DNA of 64,000 nt from the IMG/VR virus record IMGVR_UViG_3300023174_002543, positions 186,001-250,000 of that record; one strand, written 5' to 3'. The notes below the pieces were generated by a model. It saw only the letters and a list, made by a program, of their open reading frames with translations. It had not been told where the DNA came from and did no database searches. Positions 51,639-61,746 of the stretch are shown here, piece by piece. The first letter of the stretch is position 1; every line of letters begins with the position of its first letter. Both the position numbers and the translations under genes were made by a program.

Positions 51639-52271
51639 TTATTCATTCATTCTCCATTTGTTCTCTGGTAATCCATAGTCCCACTTTGAATCCATTTCAA
51701 CATTCCATCTAGTAGTAGCAACATTGAAATCTGGTATCTTCATTTCTTTAGGGTTAGATGCCGGTTCTAAAATAACAATACGATTATTTGGTTGTGCAGC
51801 AAACTGTCCATTATCGCACTTGATAAAGTTAAAGGACTTATGATCCTCAACGTCTTCACTGTGTCCACAATCAAGAGTATTAAAATCGGGATGTGAGGAA
51901 TCAACAGTAAAAAGATATTCACCCTCTAACCATGAACCATCTTTCATTTTAATTTTACATCTCATATTTGCTATCATTGCTTTTTTAATTACAGTGATAT
52001 CATAAGACATGCTGTTCCATAATTGTAAAAAATCTAAAGGATACGGATCACCTTCTATAGGTTTCCAGCAGTAAGCATGTAATGGAAGTTTATCATATAA
52101 CGCACCATAGTGATTTAAGTACGATTCAATTCTAAATGCTTGGCTACGTTGAGACTTTATTGATATCCACCAACATGGTTCAAGTTCCCCTTGACCCTTC
52201 TCAAAATCATACAAAAATTCTCTGCGAATAAAACATTTTACTGGTGGCAAGTTTGCTACTAAAAAACTCAT
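51639..52271 (-). CDS. Conserved phage protein of unknown function
   Basis: G.Y.FTVD, EDHK and GQFAAQPNNR motifs seen in aquatic phages. Confidence 0.7.
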   Translation of the reverse strand: MSFLVANLPPVKCFIRREFLYDFEKGQGELEPCWWISIKSQRSQAFRIESYLNHYGALYDKLPLHAYCWKPIEGDPYPLDFLQLWNSMSYDITVIKKAMIANMRCKIKMKDGSWLEGEYLFTVDSSHPDFNTLDCGHSEDVEDHKSFNFIKCDNGQFAAQPNNRIVILEPASNPKEMKIPDFNVATTRWNVEMDSKWDYGLPENKWRMNE

Positions 52272-52272
52272 T

Positions 52273-52923
52273 TTAATATTTTCCTGATGCCAATACTATT
52301 TTACAAATATGTTCTAATCGTTCAATGTGTTCATAGGCACGCCATGGACTTGTGTCAATAGCAACTACTCCATGTCCTTTGATACCTACAATGTCATATG
52401 CGATGTTTCCATAGTCATCTAATTCTAATCTATAGTGACACTGGTCAGCAAGTTCTTGGCTAATTGGTTTCACATCTCCTACATTGGGCGCTACCTTTGT
52501 ATAACGATTAAGTTCTGGAAAACTATCACTAATTGTACTTAAATCAATACCGGCATGCATCGCAGCAATACAATATGTAGGATGAACGTGTACGACTACC
52601 CGCACATCGTCTGTATGTTGTCCCATTTCTTTTTGCAATCCAAAGTGTAAGGGGAGTTCTCCGCTGGGCTTTAAGTTAGCACTTATATCGGTATAAAATT
52701 CTTCCTGCCAAGATTTTGTTAAGAAAGGCGGGGAGGCACTGATATTATCAACTAATTTAATTTTCTTAAATTGATCGGGCTGTAATGTTTGCTTACGTAC
52801 ACCACTCGGGGTGATGTAGAAATGGTCACGGTCATGATGCCGAATACTCACATTGCCGTCACGACTTGTAATCCAATTACGCTTGTAGGCGTCTTCTAAT
52901 ACTTCACATATTGTTTCTAACAT
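52273..52923 (-). CDS. Class II aldolase/adducin-family metalloenzyme
   Basis: GNVS.R, ITPSG, PSGE..LH, HVHP and GHG motifs. Confidence 0.88.
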   Translation of the reverse strand: MLETICEVLEDAYKRNWITSRDGNVSIRHHDRDHFYITPSGVRKQTLQPDQFKKIKLVDNISASPPFLTKSWQEEFYTDISANLKPSGELPLHFGLQKEMGQHTDDVRVVVHVHPTYCIAAMHAGIDLSTISDSFPELNRYTKVAPNVGDVKPISQELADQCHYRLELDDYGNIAYDIVGIKGHGVVAIDTSPWRAYEHIERLEHICKIVLASGKY

Positions 52924-52926
52924 ATT

Positions 52927-53100
52927 TTAGGTTCCCCATTTTACGTTGAGCCATACTCGTTCATGTATGTAATGTAATACAGTTAACACTATATTAGCCC
53001 ATATTGCCCCACTCCACCCTGCCCAAATTGCAGTTACGCATGTAGCTATTATACGCCATACTATGGCTCTTACTATTGTTCTTTTGTGTGTTTCTGACAT
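52927..53100 (-). CDS. DUF2061-like small membrane protein
   Basis: ET..RT...AI.WR...Y.HER.W....WG. Confidence 0.7.
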   Translation of the reverse strand: MSETHKRTIVRAIVWRIIATCVTAIWAGWSGAIWANIVLTVLHYIHERVWLNVKWGT

Positions 53101-53957
53101 TAAGTTCCCCACTCGTTTTTGAATAGTGGCACTTGTAATCTATCACTGTACCGCCAGCCTTTTTGCATTGCCATTTCTGCCACTGCACGATTGTTAAGGG
53201 AATACACCCGCTCAACACCACCGACAGGCATAAGATACACGCTACCTTTAAAACCATTTTTACGGTACTCATTTACTGCTCTTTCTGCATCTTTTACATC
53301 ATGTTCAGTAGCAACTACCAATTTTAAATAAGTATGACCAACATCTTGGTATTGACACACAACATCTGGTTTGATAGCATCACTCCAACTTTCACCACTG
53401 CAAGGTAGTTTAGCACTTACACTAAATGTTAATGCATTGTATCCTCGTTCTTTATTGCCTAGAGTCCAGTTCAATAAATAGTGTCTGAAATCAGGTGTAA
53501 GAAGTTGTGTACCGTTTGTTTCAAAGGTCAATTCTTTGAGTGATTTCATCTTATCATTTTGTAATAAATCTATAAATGATTTTTGCCATCCGAGAAGAGG
53601 TTCACCGCCTGTAATAACTAGATGTTCATCTATCCAACGCTCATGAGGGAGCATATCCATAATTCCATCTACGATAGCATCAGTAGAGATAACAGCACTA
53701 AGATGTTTAAACCTAGGATCCCAACTAGCATAACTATCGCAACCAGTACTGACTAAAGGTAATTCCTTATAATTATTATATAAGTGTACTACTTGTGCAA
53801 TTTCTTCTGCCTCAGCACTTAACATACCACCGGGCATACCAAATCCCGCACATTTAAAATTACAACCGAATGTACGAAGGAATACGCTAGGCACACCCAT
53901 GTATCTACCTTCACCTTGTATACTATAAAACAACTCTGCGATTTTAATTTTGCTCAT
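53100..53957 (-). CDS. queE: 7-carboxy-7-deazaguanine synthase (radical SAM)
   Basis: [19 protein letters not shown]...CDS (insertion before the third Cys), TGGEP, ETNG. Confidence 0.9.
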   Translation of the reverse strand: MSKIKIAELFYSIQGEGRYMGVPSVFLRTFGCNFKCAGFGMPGGMLSAEAEEIAQVVHLYNNYKELPLVSTGCDSYASWDPRFKHLSAVISTDAIVDGIMDMLPHERWIDEHLVITGGEPLLGWQKSFIDLLQNDKMKSLKELTFETNGTQLLTPDFRHYLLNWTLGNKERGYNALTFSVSAKLPCSGESWSDAIKPDVVCQYQDVGHTYLKLVVATEHDVKDAERAVNEYRKNGFKGSVYLMPVGGVERVYSLNNRAVAEMAMQKGWRYSDRLQVPLFKNEWGT

Positions 53958-54138
53958 TTTTAATCCATAGTTCTAATGCTTTTGCCGGATAAATCTGAAC
54001 AGAGCCTTTTTCAGTATCGCTTTCAACTGCATAGCCTTCAGGTGTCAATTCAGTTGAATATGTACCAACAACAACAACACCGTGCCATTGTGACCCGGAA
54101 ACTTTTTTTACTAAATCACCTAATTTAAATTTACTCAT
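53944..54138 (-). CDS. dfrB: Type II (R67/DfrB-family) SH3-fold dihydrofolate reductase homologue
   Basis: [17 protein letters not shown]...[14 protein letters not shown]....[10 protein letters not shown] is co-linear with the R67 core, including VQIY. Confidence 0.88.
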   Translation of the reverse strand: MSKFKLGDLVKKVSGSQWHGVVVVGTYSTELTPEGYAVESDTEKGSVQIYPAKALELWIKNEQN

Positions 54139-54713
54139 CTTGTTCCAACCAATTTGTTACTTGATCCTCTGCATCTACTTGGCTGGATGCATATACGGTA
54201 AATGTTGCAACACCATTGCGGCATCTAACATTGAACGGGACAGTACCATTAGGTAACCATCCGGTTTCTACTTCACGTTTTACTTCATAGAATTGCATGT
54301 CACTAGATTTAATTCTACCGAATAATTCATCGGCTATTTGTTTTGCTGTTTTCATTATTGATCCTTACCAATGTCTTATCACACCTGCTATGATAAAAAA
54401 GTTTGTTATTACATATATTAACACAATACAGGTGCGGATGCAAGCAATACGGTCAGCTTCCTGATCTGTATCACCTGACTTCTCTCCTAAACTTTTAGCC
54501 CAAAGTCTCCACATTTTTTTCATTTTTTACCTGTGGATAATAATATGTACAATCACTACGGCGTATGTCCCAACTGCTGCCTAGACCACCTAGGTGTTGT
54601 AGGGCCCATCTAGCACGGTCATGTGCTTGTGGCACTGCCATTGGCCAGGGCGTATTGTTGCGGCACTGAATGTACTGCTTTAGATAAACATAACTTTGTT
54701 CACGTGCCCACAT
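54131..54713 (-). CDS. Three small ORFs (54131-54355; 54365-54514 MWRLWAK.LGEK membrane peptide; 54495-54713)
   Basis: 54365-54514 translated manually; it matches a familiar small myovirus protein motif. Confidence 0.55.
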
Positions 54714-54839
54714 GTCTGCCCCTAATTTTACGCCACACTATTTCAAATGTGTCAGGCCTGATAAACACTTCCCATCCTTTGGGAATATGCTCAGGAAAAA
54801 GACTTGCCTTACCGTTACTGTGTTTATACAGTTTCATTC

Positions 54840-55289
54840 TTAACCTTCGTAAATAGCACTATTAGCACCGTGTTCTGCACATTCTACTTTAACGCAATAG
54901 CAACGGTTATTGGTATTAGCTCTAATTAAATTGTCAGCAAATGTGAAAGCATGTTGGGCAAACTTCTCTGCACCAACACCATCAAAAATTCTAATCTCTG
55001 CTAGATCCAATGCTTCTAGTTCTTTAAATTTAGATAGATGTGGATCTGATTTATCCAGTGCCAGCTTATGGTCGAAATGGTCTTCTAGCCATGCCTTAAG
55101 CATTTTAAGTCCACCGAAGTCTACTGCCCAATTTTTATCATCTAGTGTGTCACATCCAAATGTAAATGTAAAGGCTAGACTGTAACCATGTAGTAAATGA
55201 CAATGACTGTGGTCTGCATTGGGTTGTCTAAATACAGCACTTAGTCCAATGTTGTGTCCGTAATGTTTTGTTGAATAATATTTTGCCAT
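54840..55289 (-). CDS. queD: 6-carboxytetrahydropterin synthase
   Basis: HC..LHGY, W.VDFG.LK, FDH and E...NSA motifs. Confidence 0.9.
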   Translation of the reverse strand: MAKYYSTKHYGHNIGLSAVFRQPNADHSHCHLLHGYSLAFTFTFGCDTLDDKNWAVDFGGLKMLKAWLEDHFDHKLALDKSDPHLSKFKELEALDLAEIRIFDGVGAEKFAQHAFTFADNLIRANTNNRCYCVKVECAEHGANSAIYEG

Positions 55290-55292
55290 GTT

Positions 55293-55360
55293 AATTCTCC
55301 TATGTTAATTATAGCATAGGACGCAGAATTTGTATACCGGGATGAGCCCATAAGGCCGGT
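55293..55360 (-). promoter_or_regulatory. Structured queD leader: SD-sequestering hairpin with an extended -10 in the loop
   Basis: AAUUC..UCCUAUG pairs with CAUAGGA-GAAUU; TGcTATAAT overlaps the loop. Confidence 0.55.
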
Positions 55361-55365
55361 TATCT

Positions 55366-55833
55366 TTATTTACCTTTTTTGGCTTCTGCCTGATAAACAC
55401 GTTTACGTAAACTTGTACTACTGAAACTATGGTCACGCCCATTAAATACAATTTCAATGCCACGCTGAAAACATGCTTGATCTCCAGTAAATTGTTTACC
55501 TTCATATTCAATACCTAGTATACGAACATTAAGAGGTAATATCAATAACAAGTCAACCAAGTCTTGTTCAGTTTGATATACAACTACCTCATCAACATAG
55601 CGGCATGCACTTAGTTGAATTTGTCGTTCTACAATGCTTTGAATAGGTTTGTTCTTTGTATCAGGTCTATCAAGTGTTGGATCAGTTTGTAATCCCGCAA
55701 TCAAATAATCACAATGATTTTTTGCCTCACTAAGCATTGCAATATGACCTGCATGTAACATATCAAAAGTACTAAAGGTAATTCCAATTCGTTTACCATC
55801 TTTGTTAAGTTTTTTAATTTTATTGAATATCAT
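55366..55833 (-). CDS. TagD-like cytidylyltransferase (HxGH nucleotidyltransferase)
   Basis: TFD.LHAGH, R...L.A..YVDEV and SST motifs. Confidence 0.88.
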   Translation of the reverse strand: MIFNKIKKLNKDGKRIGITFSTFDMLHAGHIAMLSEAKNHCDYLIAGLQTDPTLDRPDTKNKPIQSIVERQIQLSACRYVDEVVVYQTEQDLVDLLLILPLNVRILGIEYEGKQFTGDQACFQRGIEIVFNGRDHSFSSTSLRKRVYQAEAKKGK

Positions 55834-56559
55834 TCTAACTCCGTAATTTCTTCTACTATTGGATCCGGTTCACCTTCTTCACTAAACCCATATGTAACTT
55901 CATATTCTCTACCTATATAATGAAATGTTTCAGTAAAGGTTCTTTGGTTGTTACTAGAATCTGTTGGACCAATCAATGCTAAAACTAATAGCATGTGTTC
56001 ACGTTCAGTCCCCAGTAAAGTTCTGCGTTTTTTCATGCCTATACTTTTTAAAAATTCAAGTGCTTCCTCTTGATTTCTGAAGGGTGAACGATTCATCTTT
56101 TTAATATCTCAATTATCTTTTCTTGTTCTTTTAGTTTGAGCCATTCTTCTTCTGGTGCAAATGTACTACATTTTCTTAATGATTCATCAATCAACCATTT
56201 AAGTTCGTATAGTTCTTGTTTAACACCCCAAGACACAAATCCATCATTACGTGGATTTGTGCATTCATAACGCATGGCCCATATGCCATGTTTAATAGCA
56301 TTTAAGTCCCAGTCTTTACGAAAGCCCATTATTCAACTCCCATACGGTCTTTAATGTAATCACTTATCCTACTAGAATGACTACGAATTTCTTTATCATT
56401 GAGAGATTGTATATTATTGTTAAAGGTTAATGCATGTTTGGCACATTCCTGAACAATCAACTCGGCGAACTTAGACATAAAGGCAGTTTGTTCTTCCCAA
56501 CTATCGCCAAAGTTTGATTTGGCCGCCTCAGACCAAAGTTGTTTAACTCGTTCGTTCAC
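55830..56559 (-). CDS. Three small hypothetical proteins (55830-56096, 56093-56329, 56329-56559)
   Basis: Coupled ORFs. Confidence 0.55.
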
Positions 56560-57239
56560 TTACAACCTTGTCGGGCAATTTGATAGAATTCAGCACGTGC
56601 AGCTGAATCAGTTTTGAACCCGCCACCTAATCGTGTAGTTACTGTTGAACTACCTGTATCCTCAACACCACGTGACTTTACACAATAATGTTGGGCGTCA
56701 ATCATAACTGCGACATCCTCTGTCTCTAAGATGAACTGTAAGGTGTGAAATACTTGTTCAGTTAGCCGTTCCTGTATTTGTGGACGCTTGCTGAAATATT
56801 CTACAATCCTGTTAATCTTACTAAGCCCTAAGACTTTATCTTTAGGGACATAAGCTACTGTCGCTAATCCATCTATGACCACAAAGTGATGTTCACAGTT
56901 AGATTGAACACTTACGTTACGCTCACATACCATTTCGTTGTACTTCATCTTATTATCGACTGTTGTACATTTTGGAAATGCCTCGTAATCTAAACCCCAG
57001 AAAATCTCATTCACATACATCTTAGCTACTCGCTTTGGTGTATCAATCAGACTATCATCAGTTAGGTCTAAACCTAATACTTCCATGATGCCTTGAAAAT
57101 GACTTTCAATTAACTCAATCTTACCCTTACGATCCATATGACCTGTATAAGTAGTTGGTGTTTCAACTCCCATCTTAACTAGATGTTCGTGTACTTTTAA
57201 TCCTAATTCAGGATCCGTTTTTGTTTTATTATAACTCAT
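56556..57239 (-). CDS. folE: GTP cyclohydrolase I
   Basis: TPKRVAKM, SNCEHH, GLSK..R, RPQIQERLT and H.C...RGV motifs. Confidence 0.96.
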   Translation of the reverse strand: MSYNKTKTDPELGLKVHEHLVKMGVETPTTYTGHMDRKGKIELIESHFQGIMEVLGLDLTDDSLIDTPKRVAKMYVNEIFWGLDYEAFPKCTTVDNKMKYNEMVCERNVSVQSNCEHHFVVIDGLATVAYVPKDKVLGLSKINRIVEYFSKRPQIQERLTEQVFHTLQFILETEDVAVMIDAQHYCVKSRGVEDTGSSTVTTRLGGGFKTDSAARAEFYQIARQGCK

Positions 57240-57298
57240 AGATAACCTTCCTTTGTGATGGTTTTGTTTTGATATTTTGTAACCGTTGTGTTACATAC

Positions 57299-57853
57299 TT
57301 ATTTATCTGTTTCTTCAATACTATTAAAAATATTCGCATTTGATGATGGACCAAACGGCCATGCAGCATTTGGATTTAACGGGGGACGTTCTTTTAATTC
57401 GATATTCTCTTTGATTATTGTTCCGTAATCATCTGTATAATCAATTTGAAATGGTGCAGCAATCATAACATATTCGTCTTCAAATTGCCAATCGTGATTA
57501 CCTTCATGTAACCAGGCAGCACCACCTCGTTCGTATTCATCATCTTCATCACCATCAAAGTAACAAGTCTTGATACGTTCTTGTTCTTCTTCAGTGATAT
57601 CATCACTAAATTCCCAATCAACATTAATGCTATCATCAAATTCAGTGCCCCAGCCTATGTCAGTTTTGCAATAAGCAAGATTAGTATCTTTATATGGAAG
57701 GTCAGTTTCTTCTTCAACAAACCCTTGTCCCCAACGATAAAGTTCTTCCATATTAAACCAGCTAGTAGTACCATCTGGATTTTCACGATACATTTCTACT
57801 CGCCAATAGACGCTTTTCTTTTCTAACGGTTTAATACAATAAACATTACCCAT
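57299..57853 (-). CDS. Acidic hypothetical protein, paralogue of 59031-59603
   Basis: KP..KKS...RWG..F; C-terminal AWPFGP. Confidence 0.65.
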   Translation of the reverse strand: MGNVYCIKPLEKKSVYWRVEMYRENPDGTTSWFNMEELYRWGQGFVEEETDLPYKDTNLAYCKTDIGWGTEFDDSINVDWEFSDDITEEEQERIKTCYFDGDEDDEYERGGAAWLHEGNHDWQFEDEYVMIAAPFQIDYTDDYGTIIKENIELKERPPLNPNAAWPFGPSSNANIFNSIEETDK

Positions 57854-57854
57854 G

Positions 57855-58631
57855 TTATTTCCTTATACGATTGTTGGCATTTTCAACTGCTTCTAGTATA
57901 CCAATGCTATTATCAGTTCGTTGCAATAAATCAATTATAGCACGAACATCTTTAGGAAAGCAAGCACCACCGTACCCTAAACTTCCATCTGGTCCAGGTA
58001 CATCTAAATGGCTATCACCCATTCTAGTATCTGTTTTCAACATACCTGTAAAGTGTTCCCAATTTCCACCTAGACTATCAACTAATATCTTATATTGATT
58101 CATCATAATAACCTTGTTAGCTAGGAAGGTATTCATAAAATACTTTACTAAACTAGCAGTTATCAAATCAGTAAACAAAATAGGTCCTGTAGTATTGATA
58201 GCACTTTGCGCTAACATATCTAATAAAAATAAATTGTCACCAGTGCCACCTATAAAGATGAATTTTGGATTAAGATAATCATGTATGGCGGTTTTTGCTA
58301 CAAGAAATTCTGGTATGTGCCATAGATTTTCAACACCCTCATACTGTTTCCAGAATACAGGGTCAGTTGTACTTTTTACAACAATATGTCCTTTATACGA
58401 TGCTAATTTATTTAGGGTAGTTCTTACTATAGAAGTATCACAACTACCGTCGGGATTACTTGGTGTAGGTACACATACAAAAATTACATGCGGCTCACTA
58501 TCAAGTAATTCTTGTATTGATACTGAACCACTAATAATCGGATCGTGAAATAATACAGTATTGTCAGTGCCTAACCAGCTAGCCTGTACTGCTTTACCCA
58601 CATATCCTAAACCAACAATACCCACTCGCAT
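57855..58631 (-). CDS. ugd: UDP-glucose/GDP-mannose 6-dehydrogenase family (lacks the C-terminal domain)
   Basis: GLGYVG, CVPTP, KST, PEFL, KY..N and GYGGACFPKD (catalytic Cys) motifs. Confidence 0.88.
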   Translation of the reverse strand: MRVGIVGLGYVGKAVQASWLGTDNTVLFHDPIISGSVSIQELLDSEPHVIFVCVPTPSNPDGSCDTSIVRTTLNKLASYKGHIVVKSTTDPVFWKQYEGVENLWHIPEFLVAKTAIHDYLNPKFIFIGGTGDNLFLLDMLAQSAINTTGPILFTDLITASLVKYFMNTFLANKVIMMNQYKILVDSLGGNWEHFTGMLKTDTRMGDSHLDVPGPDGSLGYGGACFPKDVRAIIDLLQRTDNSIGILEAVENANNRIRK

Positions 58632-58633
58632 TA

Positions 58634-58822
58634 TTAGGCCTTAGCTTCTTTACGTGCGGCTTTCTCAGCAGTAATTTCATTACGGCGTGCTTTGATTGCT
58701 TTAGCCATTTCTGCTAATGCTTTGCGGGCACGTGTGCCTGCTGCCGCGTTACCTTTTTCAAATTTTTCATGTTCTGCTAGGTAGGCTTCTAGTTGTGTGT
58801 TAATATCATTATGTGCGCTCAT
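58634..58822 (-). CDS. Hc1/histone-H1-like small DNA-binding protein
   Basis: KFEKGN.AAGTRARK.L..M....K..R motif. Confidence 0.75.
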   Translation of the reverse strand: MSAHNDINTQLEAYLAEHEKFEKGNAAAGTRARKALAEMAKAIKARRNEITAEKAARKEAKA

Positions 58823-59603
58823 AGTTTCTCCTTTGATTTACGCTTTGGTTTTGCCTCAGTAATTGTTACCGATGCAATTGCTTCTCTTACTTCTTTTAAT
58901 AGTTGTTCATCATCCCAAACAAGTTCAGTTGAACCATCCTCAAAAGTTTTTACAGTCAAATGCGTACCTTGATTAATCAAGGGCCAGCCACCTGATGGTA
59001 CGTTTTCTGTTTTCTTTTTACGTGTTGCCATTAATCTTCCTCTTTAGGACCTTCTTTTGGTCTATCAAAGGGCCATTTGACTGTTTCAATAGTAGACGCA
59101 AGTTCGGGTCCAAACGGCCACTGAGTGGGTTTTTCTAGCATTGCTCTTGCCTCAGCCTCAGAAGTTATAACCTCTAGTTGATTGTTAATTTCTTCTTCAG
59201 TCTGACCTGTGTGTATGATTTGCTCAGTATCACCATCAACACGTTCAATGATTAAATCACAATCAATAATCATTTCGGTATCACCTTGTGACCAATCATG
59301 TTCCTCTAAATCGTAATATGAATTTTCTTCTAAGAATTCTTCGAGCCATTCTTCTAGGTCTTCATCATCAACAGTGACTTCTTCCCAGCAACCATCATTA
59401 GTTTCTACTAACTCAGTTTCATAATCACAATTATAGATATCCACACCTGCTTCAATATCAGGGGGATTATCATCATCTGTATAAACAATAAATTCTCCCC
59501 AACGCCAGCCCGTTTCTGCTGTGATAGTTGCACCATCTTTGTGATAGTAATTACGTTCAATAATTGATTTTTTCCACTGGGGTTTTACGCTCCATTCAGC
59601 CAT
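58819..59603 (-). CDS. Small protein (58819-59031) and acidic protein with WPF motifs (59031-59603)
   Basis: Coupled ORFs. Confidence 0.6.
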
Positions 59604-59604
59604 T

Positions 59605-60780
59605 TTAGTATTTTCCTTCTCTAGTATGTTTACGATAATCTGTACTCATTCTAAGCATTGTATCACCTTTGCCTTCAAGTACGTCAATGATTCGGTCAAT
59701 CGTGCCGTCGTTGTAGTCACTAATCTTACCTATATGTTCACTCGGTTTCGCTAATAACTTTTCTAATTTGTCTAGTGCATCTTCTATTGACCAAGGAACA
59801 TATAATCTGGAATAATCATTGGCAAAAGTTTCAGGAAAACTCCGGTAAGCAGGATAAAGAACATTACAACCCAAAGCATCTGCTTCCGAGACAGTATTAC
59901 TGACCCAATCTTGTAACGCACAATTAAATACAACACGACTATCATTAACAATATTGTAATAATCATTTTTATCTAAATCCTCATTTAACGTTAATAGCCC
60001 TTTTGATTGTAAATCATGTGTTCGTTGCATGTAACTAAGATTGTTGCTTTTTAGTTTTGCACCACTACATACACAAAATTCTACATATGTATTTGGATGG
60101 CGCACGTTCCATGCTTCAATGAGGTCCATATAAAAGTCTGGTTGTTTCTCTTGGTCCCATCTTGCACTAAACACAACACGATGTTTGCGTTCATTGAATG
60201 GTTTGATAGAACTAACCCGAGACCTCACCTCTTCTTTACCGAATGCAAGACCTGATATATTATAGATTGGGGCTTCCCAGCCTGCAATCTTCATGTGCAT
60301 TACCATTTCTTCATTCGTAGCGAGTACACCATCGACAAAGCTATCCACCATCTTTTCATAATGCCCCATAAATTTAGACATATTCCATACGTGAACAAAA
60401 TCATCAGGATCAATGGATTGAGCAAGACAGCGAACAAAAATCCTAGGACGATTAATGCTGTCGATTTGATTAAGTATATAAGGAAGGCTCTCGATACCGG
60501 GTTGAAACATGTCCTCAAAGTAGATAACATCTTCATTATTAAGTTCTCCTGCTTTCATCATACGAATCAAATTCATTAGTTGCGACATACCGAAATATGT
60601 GCGACCATGTGCATCTAATACTTGCCCAGTAACAATCGCTTGGTCGTTACTTAGTGTTTCACCGGGGACAATGACATAATCAATGCCCCGTTTCTCAAAG
60701 ACAACACGATTCCACTCTTGTAATTGTAGAGTGTACCTTGCTTTATAAGGCTCTAGCCCCATATAGTAAAATTTACGCAT
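59605..60780 (-). CDS. GT-B glycosyltransferase
   Basis: F.ARW..EK.P, and QDWVSNT..EA...G....P...SFPE (variant E-x7-E region). Confidence 0.8.
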   Translation of the reverse strand: MRKFYYMGLEPYKARYTLQLQEWNRVVFEKRGIDYVIVPGETLSNDQAIVTGQVLDAHGRTYFGMSQLMNLIRMMKAGELNNEDVIYFEDMFQPGIESLPYILNQIDSINRPRIFVRCLAQSIDPDDFVHVWNMSKFMGHYEKMVDSFVDGVLATNEEMVMHMKIAGWEAPIYNISGLAFGKEEVRSRVSSIKPFNERKHRVVFSARWDQEKQPDFYMDLIEAWNVRHPNTYVEFCVCSGAKLKSNNLSYMQRTHDLQSKGLLTLNEDLDKNDYYNIVNDSRVVFNCALQDWVSNTVSEADALGCNVLYPAYRSFPETFANDYSRLYVPWSIEDALDKLEKLLAKPSEHIGKISDYNDGTIDRIIDVLEGKGDTMLRMSTDYRKHTREGKY

Positions 60781-60985
60781 GTCTACGTGCGTCCTCATCC
60801 CAACTGTTCTTTGCTGGCTTTCCAGTCATATACTTGTTGAATTGCCTAAATACATAACTACGCATATCGTACAATGTTGCCTCATCATACTTATAACCAT
60901 AATCTACGCAAAATTCTAAATACTTTTCTAAATCTTCAAAAATTTGACGAACTCTGTGGTTAGGTTGAAATGATTGTTTTGCCAT
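60773..60985 (-). CDS. Small conserved hypothetical protein
   Basis: IF.DLE.Y..FC..YGY.YDE..LY. Confidence 0.6.
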   Translation of the reverse strand: MAKQSFQPNHRVRQIFEDLEKYLEFCVDYGYKYDEATLYDMRSYVFRQFNKYMTGKPAKNSWDEDARRHA

Positions 60986-61000
60986 TTGTTTTTTTCTCTC

Positions 61001-61519
61001 TTAGATTACAATACTATTGTATGGTTTTGTTGTGTTATAATAAATCGTAGCACCGTTTTCACCGTCTTCTGAAACAGTAATTTCAATGTCACGATCAGGG
61101 TACCGTGTTGCGATAGTTTGATATAAATCATCACTTATCATTTCACAGCTTTTGTTATTCAATTCAAGTATGCCTTTACCGAATAAATTTTCGATCCAGC
61201 GTTTGAATTGAATGAACTCAATGTCACGATTATTGTGGAACACTTGAATGCCCACAGTAAAGTGAAATATATGACGATGCGGCATTCCTAAGAAACTCAC
61301 ATCATATTCGTCTCCCGTCTTTAGTGCGGGGTCATGATTGGCATCATAATATGCATGAATGCCTTCACGGCGTAGTGTAACCCATATCATACGCTTTGCC
61401 GCATCACTGATACGTGTGCGTTGTTCTGCTAAAGCCATTTGTCGTGGGTCAAATACTTCTTCTACTACTGTAGATTCTTGTACTACTTCTGTTACTTTAG
61501 TCTTTTTTGGTCTTGCCAT
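61001..61519 (-). CDS. QueD-paralogous T-fold protein, DpdL-like (putative CDG decarboxylase)
   Basis: EGIH, LGMPHRHIF (LxxxHRHxF), SCEM and VSEDGENGA motifs; start moved to MARPK. Confidence 0.65.
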   Translation of the reverse strand: MARPKKTKVTEVVQESTVVEEVFDPRQMALAEQRTRISDAAKRMIWVTLRREGIHAYYDANHDPALKTGDEYDVSFLGMPHRHIFHFTVGIQVFHNNRDIEFIQFKRWIENLFGKGILELNNKSCEMISDDLYQTIATRYPDRDIEITVSEDGENGATIYYNTTKPYNSIVI

Positions 61520-61520
61520 T

Positions 61521-61703
61521 TTAAAATGTCCTATTAAGTGTGGCCCATGTGAGCCATTGATGAAAGGTTTTGTAAACTGATTCTGCTTCACGTTCATCTT
61601 GCGGCACTTTTACACCACGAACATAAAAGCCTTCTTGTGTAATTTTTAGCATTTCGTCAGACGCATCATTAGCATAAAATGTTACTGTGTTTTTTGTTTC
61701 CAT
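61521..61703 (-). CDS. Small hypothetical protein
   Basis: GFYVRG..V...E.EA..VY..F..W. Confidence 0.5.
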   Translation of the reverse strand: METKNTVTFYANDASDEMLKITQEGFYVRGVKVPQDEREAESVYKTFHQWLTWATLNRTF

Positions 61704-61746
61704 GTATGTAGCACCTTTATTATCTGTGATCCAAGTTAAAATTTGA

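Noticed and set aside
57240-57298. Hairpin plus A-rich tail upstream of folE as a preQ1-I riboswitch
   Set aside because: The stem (UGUAAC/GUUACA) has only a 6-nt loop, lacking the preQ1 loop consensus and any clear pseudoknot partner.
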